Shown here: in pieces, positions 33,517 to 43,427 of the stretch
How positions within the stretch are numbered: the first letter of the stretch is position 1
Layout of the letters: every line of letters begins with the position of its first letter
Source of the DNA: Pirellulales bacterium
Lineage (GTDB): Bacteria; Planctomycetota; Planctomycetia; Pirellulales; PALSA-1355
NCBI GenBank assembly: GCA_963733035.1
Contig: CAVTBU010000007.1
Coordinates: forward strand, 687,710-751,709
DNA: 64,000 nucleotides
Direction: 5' to 3'
Notes under the pieces: model-generated
Databases searched by the model: none
Seen by the model: the letters and a program-made list of their open reading frames with translations, nothing else
Told to the model about the DNA's origin: nothing
Made by a program: the position numbers and the translations under genes

Positions 33517-34346
33517 TGATAACGTTCGTTCGTTCCGACGATTCCGCAACGGCACGTCGGATATCGCTGTTCGGCTTTCAACTTGATGCGATCGGCTTGA
33601 ACGACGCGGTTGAGCAAATCTACCAGTGGGTTACGACGCGAACGCGCCGATGCCGGTTTGTCGTGACGCCAAACGTCGACCACGCGGTGCTTTATCAGGA
33701 GTGCGCTGCCCTGCGTTCGGCATATGCCAACGCATCGCTTGTATTGGCCGACGGCATGCCCGTGGTGGCGGCGGCCAGGATGCTGGGCCACGCCATTCCC
33801 GGACGCGTGGCTGGCAGCGATCTGGCGCCTGCCCTATTTTCCGCGGCCGGGCAGCACGGTGGCTTGCGCGTGTTTCTGCTGGGCGCGGCCCCGGGCGTAG
33901 GAGAGCGCGCGGCCCAAAATATTGAGCGTCAATGGCCTGGCGTGCAAGTTGTGGGCACCTACAGCCCGCCACTTGGATTTGAGAAGTCCCAACGCGAGAA
34001 CGACGTCATCTTGCAAATGATCGCCGCGGTACGCCCAGACGTCTTGCTGGTCGGCCTGGGAGCACCGAAACAGGAACTTTGGGTCAACGCTCACCGTGAG
34101 GAAATCGACGCGGCCGTGACGCTGTGCGTGGGAGCGACGATCGACTTCCTGGCGGGTGAAAAGAAGCGGGCGCCTCTGTGGATGCGTCGCGGTGGACTGG
34201 AATGGCTGCACCGGGTCGTCACGGAACCGCGCCGTTTACTCCGGCGCTACGCGCGCGATGCTTGGATTTTTCCACGATTGTTGTGGCACGAATGGCAGGC
34301 GTCGCATCGCGGGCGGTTCAGCCGCGGTTCCGTGCACCCTGGCTAA
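33513..34346 (+). CDS. WecB/TagA/CpsF family glycosyltransferase
   Basis: VVTPNVDH, ADGMP, RVAGSDL, GLGAPKQE, LEWLHR..EPRRL. Confidence 0.92.
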   Translation: MMITFVRSDDSATARRISLFGFQLDAIGLNDAVEQIYQWVTTRTRRCRFVVTPNVDHAVLYQECAALRSAYANASLVLADGMPVVAAARMLGHAIPGRVAGSDLAPALFSAAGQHGGLRVFLLGAAPGVGERAAQNIERQWPGVQVVGTYSPPLGFEKSQRENDVILQMIAAVRPDVLLVGLGAPKQELWVNAHREEIDAAVTLCVGATIDFLAGEKKRAPLWMRRGGLEWLHRVVTEPRRLLRRYARDAWIFPRLLWHEWQASHRGRFSRGSVHPG

Positions 34347-34417
34347 CGTAGTCGACCGCTAGCCGCTACAATTTCGGGGCGTGGCCAACAGCTCCTGCCC
34401 TTCGATTGAGACTAGCG

Positions 34418-35641
34418 GTGCCGGAAAAGAATCTGATCTGCCTTGTCGTCGAACGTTTGCATGCCGGCATGGTCGGCGCCTACGGCAATAGCTGGATCCG
34501 CACGGCCGCGATCGACAAGTTGGCCTGCGAGTCGATTGTTTTCGATCAGGCGTTTCTGGAAAGTCCGCTGCTCGAACAGACCTACCGGGCCTACTGGCAC
34601 GGCGTGCATCCCGCCGATGGCCGGTCCCGCGATGAACAAACCGCCAGCCTACCGCATCTACTTTCCAGCGCCGGCTGGCACACGGCACTCGTTACGGACT
34701 CAGCCGAGGTGGCTCGCCTGTTGTCGGCGGCCGAGTTTTCTGAACAAGTGCTCGTCGATTCGCCCACCGAATGCACAACCGCGGCTGATATATCTGAATC
34801 TGGGATGGCCCGCTTGTTTGGAGCGGCCACCGACTGGATCCAGACGGCACGCGAACCGTTTTGCCTCTGGGTGCATGCGCGCGGCCTCGCCGGCCCGTGG
34901 GATGCACCGCTGGAGATGCGCAATCAATTCGCCGAGGAAGACGATCCCGAGCCGCCAAAACTGGTCAAAGTCCCCAACCATTGGTTGCCGGACGAATTCG
35001 ACCCCGACGAGCCGCTGGGCATCAGACATGCCTATGCGGGGCAAGTCACGTTGCTCGACCTCTGCTTGGGAGCCTTCTTGGACGAACTGGACGCGGGTCC
35101 GCTAGCCAAACGGACGCAACTCACGTTTCTTTCCACAGCCGGCTTTCCGCTAGGCGAACACCGTCGAATTGGGCCCTGCGACGATGCGATGTATAACGAA
35201 ACCACACAACTCGTGTGGACCATGCGCTTTCCGGACGAGCTGGGAAAGTTGACACGGACTCAGGCACTCGCGCAGCCGTCAGACTTGCCTGGGACGCTGC
35301 TCGACTGGCTTGAACTTGACGTCGGACAACTCGGGCACGGGACTGCTAGCAGCCTACTGTCCCTGATTCGCGGAAGTCTGGATTTCGTTCGCGATCGTCT
35401 TCTGATGGTGGGGCGACATGATCGCGCACTTCGCACACCCGCCTGGCACCTGCGACAACCGCTGACCGGCGCGGCCGAACTCTACGCCAAACCGAGCGAT
35501 CGCTGGGAGGTGAACGAAGTGGCTAACCTGTTACCAGACATAGTTCTGGGGATGCAGGCCGCGCTCGAGGAGGTCCAGCAGTCAGGCCCCGCCGCTGATG
35601 CCGCTTCCCTCGACGAGTCGCTGACGTGTGAAATGGATTGA
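34418..35641 (+). CDS. Sulfatase-like (alkaline phosphatase superfamily) protein lacking CxPxR
   Basis: N-terminal LVVE.L...GAYGN..T..ID.LA pattern, YAGQV..LD, G..LGEH, LRT..W, ELY. Start codon uncertain. Confidence 0.65.
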   Translation: MPEKNLICLVVERLHAGMVGAYGNSWIRTAAIDKLACESIVFDQAFLESPLLEQTYRAYWHGVHPADGRSRDEQTASLPHLLSSAGWHTALVTDSAEVARLLSAAEFSEQVLVDSPTECTTAADISESGMARLFGAATDWIQTAREPFCLWVHARGLAGPWDAPLEMRNQFAEEDDPEPPKLVKVPNHWLPDEFDPDEPLGIRHAYAGQVTLLDLCLGAFLDELDAGPLAKRTQLTFLSTAGFPLGEHRRIGPCDDAMYNETTQLVWTMRFPDELGKLTRTQALAQPSDLPGTLLDWLELDVGQLGHGTASSLLSLIRGSLDFVRDRLLMVGRHDRALRTPAWHLRQPLTGAAELYAKPSDRWEVNEVANLLPDIVLGMQAALEEVQQSGPAADAASLDESLTCEMD

Positions 35642-35731
35642 AACGGTCAGCACGAACCCTCCTCGAACGGCGCGAGATGTCTCCTAGGTCATGCGGTCGC
35701 CGTAGTCTATTCAGACTTCCTGGTTTTCAGT

Positions 35732-35747
35732 TGGCAACACATCTGCT
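35732..35747 (+). promoter_or_regulatory. Candidate sigma-54 promoter
   Basis: TGGCAACACATCTGCT (GG-N10-GC) about 110 bp upstream of the 35856 ORF. Confidence 0.4.
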
Positions 35748-35855
35748 TGGACTCGTGACATTCCGGCATAGAGCCGACCGGGAGCGCTCGATATAATCCC
35801 GCTCCCTTCGTGGGGAAATCTCTGTAGAGACAACGACTTAACACGCTAGGCACCG

Positions 35856-38800
35856 ATGATCGGACAAGGAAGTCCGACAACGTCATCGCGCGCCCCGGTA
35901 GCGCGTCCTCCTCGCGCCATGTATTGGCTGCTTGGTGTGGCGCTCTTGCTGGCCGTGGCGATGACCGCCCATGGACAGGCCGCCGAGGTCGCGCTCAAGC
36001 TGCGCATTTCCTGGGGTGGCGGTGCCGAACATCTCTGGCGCGGATCGGTGCAATTCGCCGACGGTTCGCTTTCGGACCTCTGCGCGCTGGGTATCGAAGC
36101 CGATGAACCGTCGGCCATCTGGCTGCAAGATGGCAACCAGGTGATCATCCACGAGCCCAGCCCGCGGGGCTATGACGGTATCGACGTGCTGGTCCGCGGC
36201 GACGCGGCGGCGACAGTGATGATCGAATTGTCGTCAGATGCCAACCCAGAGCCGCGGCGTGTGGCGATTCCGCTTGGTGAGTTGATTGACGGTGTGCACA
36301 ACACGCCGCTCGACGACAGCGGCAATCGGCTGTCGCTGATGCGTGCACCGGGCGACCGGTTGCATGTCGATTTCGATCGTGCGCACCTGGTGTTTGCTCC
36401 TGGTGAGTCGTTCGCATTCCGCGTCGAGCCCCACCAGCTCGGCACGAGCACTACCGCGGCTCGACTACAGGCGTCCATCGCCTCGGCACACGGTGGGCAG
36501 CGTGTCTGGGCCGAGGAGTACACCACCGGGCCAGATGGCACGGCCACCACGATTTCTTTACCGGTCCCAAGGCACGAAGGCGTCTACGATTTGCGACTTG
36601 TGTTGGCTCCACCGTCGCGTTTTAAACAGAAACTGCGATTGGGACAGAAGCCGTTGGCCGAGCGGAAAGTACAATTCGTCGTACTCGATACGCAGCCCAC
36701 GGCGCGCAGCGGCGAAGCTCCCACGGCGAAAGTCCTGGAAATCAACCCGGTCAATCCTCGCTGGTGGGAACGGCTGGCGAGCCTACCGCCAATTCCCGGT
36801 TTTCGGCAGGGACCACTGGGCAATGGCGACGCCGCCACCTGGAACCATCCTAGCCTGGGCCCCATGATTCAGCTTGGACCTGGCGGCGCCGCACCAGACA
36901 TCAGCTGGGAGGCCTATCCACTTCCCATCTCGCACCCAGGCGAAGTTCATGTTTTGGAGATCGAGTACCCGACGGACGTGCCTCAGGCGATGGGCATCAG
37001 CTTGATCGAACCGAACGCCGCGGGCGCCGTCGTGCCGATTGGACTCGACTCGGGAGTTTATGTTTCCGACGAAGAGGCGGAGAATCCTGCCCGGATGGCG
37101 AAGCACCGCGTCGTATTTTGGCCCAAGACGAAGACGCCGCTCGTCTTAATCACGAATCGTCGTCCAGGCGCCTGCGCCGTGTATGGCAAGATTTCCGTGC
37201 TCAGCGCCCCGCAGAGTCAATTGGCGATGCTGACGCTGGGTCGGTTCGATAGCGGCAGTACGTTGCCGCCCGCGTTTGCAGACGATGATCGCGGCGAGCG
37301 GTTGTGGGCCGGCTACATGGATCGGCCACTCGTGCCGGAAAACTTTGGTGCTCCCGAAGCGTATGACGAGCAGAGCCGTCGCAGCATTGACGATTGGAAT
37401 ACGTTTCACCAAGGGGGGACGCGGCTGGTCAAGTATTTGCGTCATATTGGCTACAACGGCCTGATGCTCTCGGTACTGGCCGATGGCAGTACGATTTACC
37501 CCAGCGAGTTGGTTTCGCCCACGCCGCGTTACGATACGGGATCCTTTTTTGACACGGGCCAGGACCCCGTGCGCAAGGATGCGTTGGAGCTTTTCTTTCG
37601 GTTGTTTGATCGCGAACGGCTCGTGTTGATTCCGGCGCTGCAGTTTGCCGCGCCGCTGCCGGAATTGGAATCGATTAAACGTGCCGGCGGCGCCGAGGCC
37701 GAGGGTCTCGAGTGGATCGGAGGCGACGGTAAGCCCTGGCCCCAAGACGGCATACATCAGGGGCTCGGCCCGTACTACAACTTGCTCGATCCGCGCGTGC
37801 AAACTGCCATGGTCAACGTCGTGCGTGAGGTGGTTGCTCGCTATGGCGGACACGAGGCATTCGGCGGCGTGGCCCTGCAACTATCGCCCGAAAGCTATGC
37901 CGAGCTGCCGGGCGAAGCATGGGGTTTTGATGATCAAACGATTGCTCGCTTCGAACGCGAAACCAAAACCCATGTTCCTGGCACGGGGCCCCAGCGTTTT
38001 GGCGTCAGAGCGAAACATTTGACGGGACCAGGACGGTCGGCGTGGCTGAAATGGCGCGACGAGGTGGTCGCTCAGTTTCATCGAAGGCTCGAGCAAGAGA
38101 TCGCTACTGGTCATGACGGCGCCAAGTTATATCTGGCCGGCGGCACAATGCTCGAAAACCAGCAAACACAGGTTCGGCTTCGTCCCACCCTGTCACGGAA
38201 GGCGAAGATCGACGAAGCCTTCATGGATTTGGGCCTGCCCTTGCAGGACGACAGCCGCGAAACCGGGATCGTCGTTCTGCGGCCACAATTGGTGCGCCCC
38301 AATATTGCGCCGTCGCCGGCCGGCGCTGCCGAGTCGGAACTCTACCTCTCGCGTGAAATGGATATGCTATTCTCCGCCGCTGGCGGACGTAGCTCGCTGT
38401 TCTACCACGAACCGCAAAGGGCTCGACTAGCGAGCTTCGATGTGGAGAGCCCGTTTGGTGCATCAAATACATTCGCCTGGCTCGTCTCGCAAATGTCTCC
38501 CTCCGGCGATCGCAACCGTCGTCGCTTCGTGCATAGCCTGGCTGTCGCCGACACAGTCGAGATGTTCGACGGCGGTTGGATGTTGCCGCTGGGGCAAGAG
38601 GCGTCGATCAAGGACGTGATCAGCGCCTATCGCCAACTGCCCAAGGACCGGTTCAGAACGTATGACGGTGAAATTCAACCGGTGGTCGTTCGAACGCTGA
38701 CGCATGAAGGTCGCACCTACATCTACCTGGTCAACGATTCGCCTTGGCCCGCGGGCATCACCATGCAGATGGATATGCCATCGGTCTGCAATATGGAAAA

Positions 38801-39734
38801 GCTTGGTGCGAGTTCCGGCGTTGGACCGCTGAAACGTTCACCGAGTGGCACGACGTGGCAGGTGTCGCTCAAGCCCTTCGATTTGGCCGCCGCTCGGTTT
38901 TCATCCGATCAGGCCCGAATCTTGACTGCGGTTGTGTCGCTGCCGCCTAGTGTGCGCGAATCGCTCGAACGTCGCATCGAGGATTTGGTGACGCGCGTGC
39001 GAGCGCTAGGTAATCCCCTCCTCGAAAACCCAAGCTTCGAATCTCCCGTCGCGAACCAACAAATCGCGGGTTGGGCGGCTCGGGTGCCGGACGGTGGGCG
39101 GATTGCATTGGACTCGCGCTTCAAGAATTCCGGCTCGCGCTCCGTCTTGATGTCGACCAATGGACCGCCAGTCAGTATTTCGAGTGCGCCATTTTTACCC
39201 CCGCAAACCGGGCGGCTGACCGTGGGAGTGTCGTTGCGAGCTGCCGATGTCGATCGCTTACCGTCGCTGCGGATTGGCGTGGACGGAGAGAGCGACCAGG
39301 GCGGCTTCCATCCCCACGGCGTCATCGATCGCGTCGGTGCTTCAGCCGCTCATCCGGGCGATTGGGTGCGCTATACCTTCCCAATCGAAAACTTGCCGAC
39401 CGAGGGGCTGGCGAATCTGCGGGTTCGTTTTGAATTGCTGGGAGCCGGCGAAGTCTGGATCGACGACGTCCAAGTGCAGGCGTTCAACAGGGACGAGCTA
39501 ATCGAACTCTCCAAAATTAATACGATGGCCAGCCTCCACCTGGACAAACGCCAATACGCCGATTGCCAGCGGCTACTGGATAGTTATTGGCCCCGGTTCC
39601 TCGTGGCAAACGTTGCCCTCACGACGGCCGTGGCTCAACGGCCCAAGCCGCCCGAGCCACAACCGGCCGAGCCGGAAAAGAGCCCTTCGATGTTCGAGAC
39701 CATGAAAAGCTACCTGCCGCAAATCTTTCGTTGA
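35856..39734 (+). CDS. Large secreted glycosyl hydrolase-like (GHL10-type) protein with C-terminal CBM-like domain
   Basis: Signal peptide, GYNGLML...GSTIYPS, D.LE, YNLLDPRVQ...EVVARY; C-terminal NPSFE...VWIDDV. Confidence 0.6.
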   Translation: MIGQGSPTTSSRAPVARPPRAMYWLLGVALLLAVAMTAHGQAAEVALKLRISWGGGAEHLWRGSVQFADGSLSDLCALGIEADEPSAIWLQDGNQVIIHEPSPRGYDGIDVLVRGDAAATVMIELSSDANPEPRRVAIPLGELIDGVHNTPLDDSGNRLSLMRAPGDRLHVDFDRAHLVFAPGESFAFRVEPHQLGTSTTAARLQASIASAHGGQRVWAEEYTTGPDGTATTISLPVPRHEGVYDLRLVLAPPSRFKQKLRLGQKPLAERKVQFVVLDTQPTARSGEAPTAKVLEINPVNPRWWERLASLPPIPGFRQGPLGNGDAATWNHPSLGPMIQLGPGGAAPDISWEAYPLPISHPGEVHVLEIEYPTDVPQAMGISLIEPNAAGAVVPIGLDSGVYVSDEEAENPARMAKHRVVFWPKTKTPLVLITNRRPGACAVYGKISVLSAPQSQLAMLTLGRFDSGSTLPPAFADDDRGERLWAGYMDRPLVPENFGAPEAYDEQSRRSIDDWNTFHQGGTRLVKYLRHIGYNGLMLSVLADGSTIYPSELVSPTPRYDTGSFFDTGQDPVRKDALELFFRLFDRERLVLIPALQFAAPLPELESIKRAGGAEAEGLEWIGGDGKPWPQDGIHQGLGPYYNLLDPRVQTAMVNVVREVVARYGGHEAFGGVALQLSPESYAELPGEAWGFDDQTIARFERETKTHVPGTGPQRFGVRAKHLTGPGRSAWLKWRDEVVAQFHRRLEQEIATGHDGAKLYLAGGTMLENQQTQVRLRPTLSRKAKIDEAFMDLGLPLQDDSRETGIVVLRPQLVRPNIAPSPAGAAESELYLSREMDMLFSAAGGRSSLFYHEPQRARLASFDVESPFGASNTFAWLVSQMSPSGDRNRRRFVHSLAVADTVEMFDGGWMLPLGQEASIKDVISAYRQLPKDRFRTYDGEIQPVVVRTLTHEGRTYIYLVNDSPWPAGITMQMDMPSVCNMEKLGASSGVGPLKRSPSGTTWQVSLKPFDLAAARFSSDQARILTAVVSLPPSVRESLERRIEDLVTRVRALGNPLLENPSFESPVANQQIAGWAARVPDGGRIALDSRFKNSGSRSVLMSTNGPPVSISSAPFLPPQTGRLTVGVSLRAADVDRLPSLRIGVDGESDQGGFHPHGVIDRVGASAAHPGDWVRYTFPIENLPTEGLANLRVRFELLGAGEVWIDDVQVQAFNRDELIELSKINTMASLHLDKRQYADCQRLLDSYWPRFLVANVALTTAVAQRPKPPEPQPAEPEKSPSMFETMKSYLPQIFR

Positions 39735-39747
39735 GACCCAGCGGGCA

Positions 39748-40092
39748 TCAGCCCGGCGGCCAACTCAGCGGCCTGCCGCCCAGCAGATGGAAGTGCAAAT
39801 GGTCGACGGATTGTCCGGCATAGGGGCCGCAGTTGACCACGACACGGTAACCGTCGTCGAGTTGCAGTTGTTTGGCCAGTCTGCGAATGGTCACCATCAG
39901 GTGCCCTACGAGCGACGCATCTTCGTCGTCCACCTCGTTGAGTGAGGGGATTTCCTTTTTCGGAATGACGATCACGTGCGTTGGAGCCTGCGGAGCGATA
40001 TCAACAAAGGCCAGGCACTGGTCATCGTCGTGCACAATCCGTGCGGGAAGCTCACCATCGATGATCCGTTTGAAAATCGTTTTGCTCGACAT
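39748..40092 (-). CDS. Histidine triad (HIT) nucleotide-binding protein
   Basis: DIAPQAPTH, GQSVDHLHFHLLGGR..WPPG. Confidence 0.95.
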   Translation of the reverse strand: MSSKTIFKRIIDGELPARIVHDDDQCLAFVDIAPQAPTHVIVIPKKEIPSLNEVDDEDASLVGHLMVTIRRLAKQLQLDDGYRVVVNCGPYAGQSVDHLHFHLLGGRPLSWPPG

Positions 40093-40110
40093 CGCGATCC
40101 TCGCGGCAGG

Positions 40111-40377
40111 TTAGTTATTTAAAGCCGATTGGTCGAGTGGGATAGCTTCGTCGATGAGCATCATGGGAATGTCGTCGACGATCGGGTACAGCACGGCTCC
40201 ATCGGCGCGCAGCAGACCGCCGTCGAGCTGGCGGTCGAGCTTCTGCCCTGCCCGGTTGGTTAAATCTCCGACAGAAATGGCCTGATTGATCTGGGAGACC
40301 AACTCGCTTGGAGCGATGCTCAATGGGCTCCGCGTTTCAGGGCAGACCAACATTTTTAGTACTTCGGGACGCATCAT
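40111..40377 (-). CDS. Trm112 family protein
   Basis: LVCP..RSPL ... YPIVDDIPMML. Confidence 0.85.
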   Translation of the reverse strand: MMRPEVLKMLVCPETRSPLSIAPSELVSQINQAISVGDLTNRAGQKLDRQLDGGLLRADGAVLYPIVDDIPMMLIDEAIPLDQSALNN

Positions 40378-40658
40378 GGGTTGCCGATGCGGCTCTCGCC
40401 GTGCTCGGTCGTGGGGACATGGAAGCTGGCAGCGCAACATGCCGCGGCGCCTTGTCCCCAGAGTGCCGCATTCGTGCCAGCTTGGCAAGAGCCCCCCGTA
40501 CAGCTTTTCGGGCCAAACGGCCGGGTCACCTCAAGCGCGTGTGCCGGCGGCTCCGATAAATAGGGATGATGTGCCATTGCGGCAAAAAGGAATCCCCCCA
40601 GGGCGGCCGTGCATGGATTGCCAAGGGCTGCCATCGGAACACGGATGAGGGACCGATC

Positions 40659-41258
40659 ATGATCCGACGAAAGACAAGTTTTCTTGCACTGGCGGCCGTC
40701 GCGATGGCGGCGCCGGCTGCCTTGGCCCAGGATGTTCGCTATTACTCGGAGAACGGCATTCAGTACCGCGAAACCACTCACGTGTCGCAACGCCCGATTT
40801 CCGAGACCACCTACCAACCGCATGAGACCACCGGCGTCAGCCCGCGCTACACGACCGATATGCAGGAGTCGGTACGTACCTACCAGGTGCCCATTACCGA
40901 ACAGCAATGGGTGCCCGGCTTGCAGCGGACGTGGAACATCTTTGCCCCTCCTGTGCTCTCGTATCGCCTGATGCCGGTCACCCGCTGGGAAACGCGGACC
41001 GAGACGGTGCGTGTGCCGGTGACCAAGGTCGAATACGTGCCGACGAAACATGTACAGCACATTCCCGTCACCAATACGCGTATCGCCGAAGAGCGCGTTG
41101 TTCGCCGCGAAGCCATTGGCCCGGCCTCGAGTGGAGGGGGAACGGCCGTTGCCCAGCGGCAACCCGTCGAGACGGGCAGTTCGAGCTTCGATTCGGGCGC
41201 CCCGGCACAGGACCCCTATTCCACATCGACGCCCACAACGGTTGACCGCCGCAGATAA
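40659..41258 (+). CDS. Secreted hypothetical protein, Thr/Val/Pro/Tyr-rich
   Basis: Signal peptide ending ALA-Q, GAGG RBS, recurrent VP(I/V)T motifs, strong downstream terminator. Confidence 0.75.
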   Translation: MIRRKTSFLALAAVAMAAPAALAQDVRYYSENGIQYRETTHVSQRPISETTYQPHETTGVSPRYTTDMQESVRTYQVPITEQQWVPGLQRTWNIFAPPVLSYRLMPVTRWETRTETVRVPVTKVEYVPTKHVQHIPVTNTRIAEERVVRREAIGPASSGGGTAVAQRQPVETGSSSFDSGAPAQDPYSTSTPTTVDRRR

Positions 41259-41301
41259 GCCACGCGGTCGACGTTCGAGTTCGTCGGATCGTATGACAAG
41301 C

Positions 41302-41341
41302 AAAAGAGCGAGGAGTTCCGCTGGAACTCCTCGCTCTTTTT
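41302..41341. terminator. Bidirectional intrinsic terminator
   Basis: AAAAGAGCGAGGAGTTCC-GCT-GGAACTCCTCGCTCTTTT, perfect 18-bp arms between convergent genes. Confidence 0.9.
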
Positions 41342-41364
41342 GATTCGATCGCCAGAAGGACTGG

Positions 41365-41676
41365 CTACTTGGAAGCTCCCGCCATGTCGGGCGAGGGGCT
41401 GGTCTTTGAGCGCCGCGTGGTTTTCGCGGTGCCCCATTCCTTGGTCAGCGTCTCAAACACTTCGGGTGATTCGTAACGAATGACGTTCTTGCCCTCGGGC
41501 ATGGGGCCAATCAAGCCCCGCAAGACCGGCAGGCCCCGCAAGCCCAGGTCGGTGCTGCAATCGTCGACGCCGATCTGCGTGTGCGAACGAAGCAGCGATT
41601 CTCGCTTGGCGTAGTCGCGAATATGAAGTTGGCCATCCGTGCCGCGCGTCACAATCCGAAAAGTATCTTTGGCCAT
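41365..41676 (-). CDS. Small hypothetical protein
   Basis: 103-aa ORF MAKDTFRIVTRG... ending at the terminator, with normal codon style. Confidence 0.7.
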   Translation of the reverse strand: MAKDTFRIVTRGTDGQLHIRDYAKRESLLRSHTQIGVDDCSTDLGLRGLPVLRGLIGPMPEGKNVIRYESPEVFETLTKEWGTAKTTRRSKTSPSPDMAGASK

Positions 41677-42103
41677 TGAGCGTGAGTCCCCGGGGTGGCA
41701 GTGTTGGGAAGTTAGCAGGTCCGCCAGCAGTTCATCGGCCGCGTCGCAACACGCCTCCAAGGCATTCTATGGCGTGCCACACAGCAGGACAGACCGCAAG
41801 AACCCGCACAGCCCAGCCGCGGCGGAGTACCCGCTACGGACCGCAGCAGATGCGCGCAGGCCATGCCAACTGAAGCGGTCGCGAGGACCATTCGCCCGAG
41901 GGGCAAATTATCGTCACTCCGAATGTAACGGACGAAGTGGACCTGGCGACGTTTCACCGCGAAGCGATTGTGCGGGCGCGACGTGCACTCGGTTTTCCAG
42001 TATCTCAATGAACGCAGCTCGGGTCAGACGTCGTCCAGCTGCGTCCACGGCACGGAAACCCCCGTTGCCTACCGACCCCCAGCGGAGTAAATTCAAGAGA
42101 CCT

Positions 42104-42186
42104 GGAGGGTAAGCGAATTGGCCAGCGGCCTGACTCGAAATCAGGTGCCCCGCAAGGGGTTGTGGGTTCGAATCCCATGCCCTCCG
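42104..42186 (+). tRNA. tRNA-Ser(CGA)
   Basis: Acceptor GGAGGGT/GCCCTCC plus discriminator G, anticodon arm CCTGA-CTCGAAA-TCAGG, long variable arm CCCC-GCAA-GGGG, GTTCGAATC T-loop. The D-arm looks one base short. Confidence 0.9.
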
Positions 42187-42202
42187 CTTTCGTAGAACTC
42201 GT

Positions 42203-42234
42203 AGCCCCGCCTAGAGTTGCGGGGCTTTTCTTTT
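42203..42234 (+). terminator. Intrinsic terminator after tRNA-Ser
   Basis: AGCCCCGC-CTAGAGTT-GCGGGGCT followed by TTTCTTTT. Confidence 0.75.
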
Positions 42235-42274
42235 GCGCTCGCTAGGCCCCGAAATCGGCGCTCAGGGCGGCGCG

Positions 42275-42311
42275 ATGTAGCCAAAATGTAGCCAATCTCG
42301 GGACGGCTACA
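42275..42311. repeat. Integrase arm-type site candidates
   Basis: ATGTAGCCAA at 42275-42284 and 42286-42295 (11-bp period) plus inverted GGCTACA at 42305-42311. Confidence 0.65.
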
Positions 42312-42686
42312 CGATGGACGGCCGTGGACTTGCAAGAATGGCGTAGACGCCGACGCAGCGGATTTGTCCACACAGCGGTGGACGATCGCCAACGTTGACG
42401 GGCTGGATAACGGGGGCGCCGGCTGATATCGCAACTTCTTGGGACGATGCCGAGCCACTTAGGCATGGCGCGGGCTCGACCAACTGCCAACAACACTCGT
42501 CAATGTGATCGAAGCGCGGAAGTTTACCCGAATTATGCTCCGAACGGCGTTCCAAAGAACTGTCGATTTTTGCGAGTCTCACGCAGACATGAGTAAATGA
42601 CACTCAACCGCCGTCGGCACTCTCATTTCCGCCGGGGGGACGGACTCTGGATTGCAGACAACGACACGACTTTCGAGAATAGCTCC

Positions 42687-43415
42687 ATGGGAATTGAACT
42701 CGGTCGCATTAGTGCCATATTTCGTTATCCGATCAAATCGATGGCCGGTGAAAGGCTTGATTCCGCAAAAATGGGCTGGCATGGCATCGAAGGTGATCGG
42801 CGGTTGGCGTTTCGCCGACTTGCCGATCGCGGCGCGTTCCCCTGGTTAACAGCGAGCCGACTTCCCGAATTGCTTCTCTATCAGCCCTTCGGCCGCCAGG
42901 ACAAGACGGGGGAGCTGCTGCCGACCCACATCCGCACGCCCGACGGTAGGGAATACGGACTCACGGACAAAGCATTGCTAGAGGAAATCGCCACTCGTCA
43001 CCGAGGCGATGTGGAGCTGATGCAGCTTAGCCACGGCATCTTCGACGAGGCCGCAGTTTCCGCAATTGCCTCGGGGACGATACAGAGCATCGCGCGCGAA
43101 GCGGGCCACGTAGCCGATGTCCGTCGTTTCCGGGCGAACGTCGTGATCGACACCGCGGGCGCTCAGCCTTTCGAGGAAGATCGATGGGTGGGCAAGATCC
43201 TGGAATTTGGTTCCGAAGAGTCGGGTCCTGCCATCAGCGTCACCATGCGAGACAAGCGTTGCGTGATGATCAATCTCGACCCGGACACGGCCGAAGCAAA
43301 CGCCGAGGTAATGCAGACCGTAATCCGCATGAACGAAAATAACGCCGGCGTTTATGGGACCGTTGTCAGGACAGGGGAGCTTCGGGTCGGTCAGGTCGTA
43401 AGCTTGAGAGCGTAA
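42687..43415 (+). CDS. MOSC domain protein
   Basis: RYPIKSMAGE, GDR, RRFRANVV, ED.W, RC.MI, GVY..V...G.L.VG. Confidence 0.9.
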   Translation: MGIELGRISAIFRYPIKSMAGERLDSAKMGWHGIEGDRRLAFRRLADRGAFPWLTASRLPELLLYQPFGRQDKTGELLPTHIRTPDGREYGLTDKALLEEIATRHRGDVELMQLSHGIFDEAAVSAIASGTIQSIAREAGHVADVRRFRANVVIDTAGAQPFEEDRWVGKILEFGSEESGPAISVTMRDKRCVMINLDPDTAEANAEVMQTVIRMNENNAGVYGTVVRTGELRVGQVVSLRA

Positions 43416-43427
43416 CGGTTCCAGGTT

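Noticed and set aside
40464..40479. Sigma-54-like TGGCACGAATGCGGCA on the minus strand upstream of the Trm112 gene
   Set aside because: The -12 element lacks TTGC, so it is too weak to call.
41677..42103. Possible riboswitch or ncRNA in the 430-bp gap before tRNA-Ser
   Set aside because: No recognisable conserved motif by eye. An Rfam/Infernal search would be needed.
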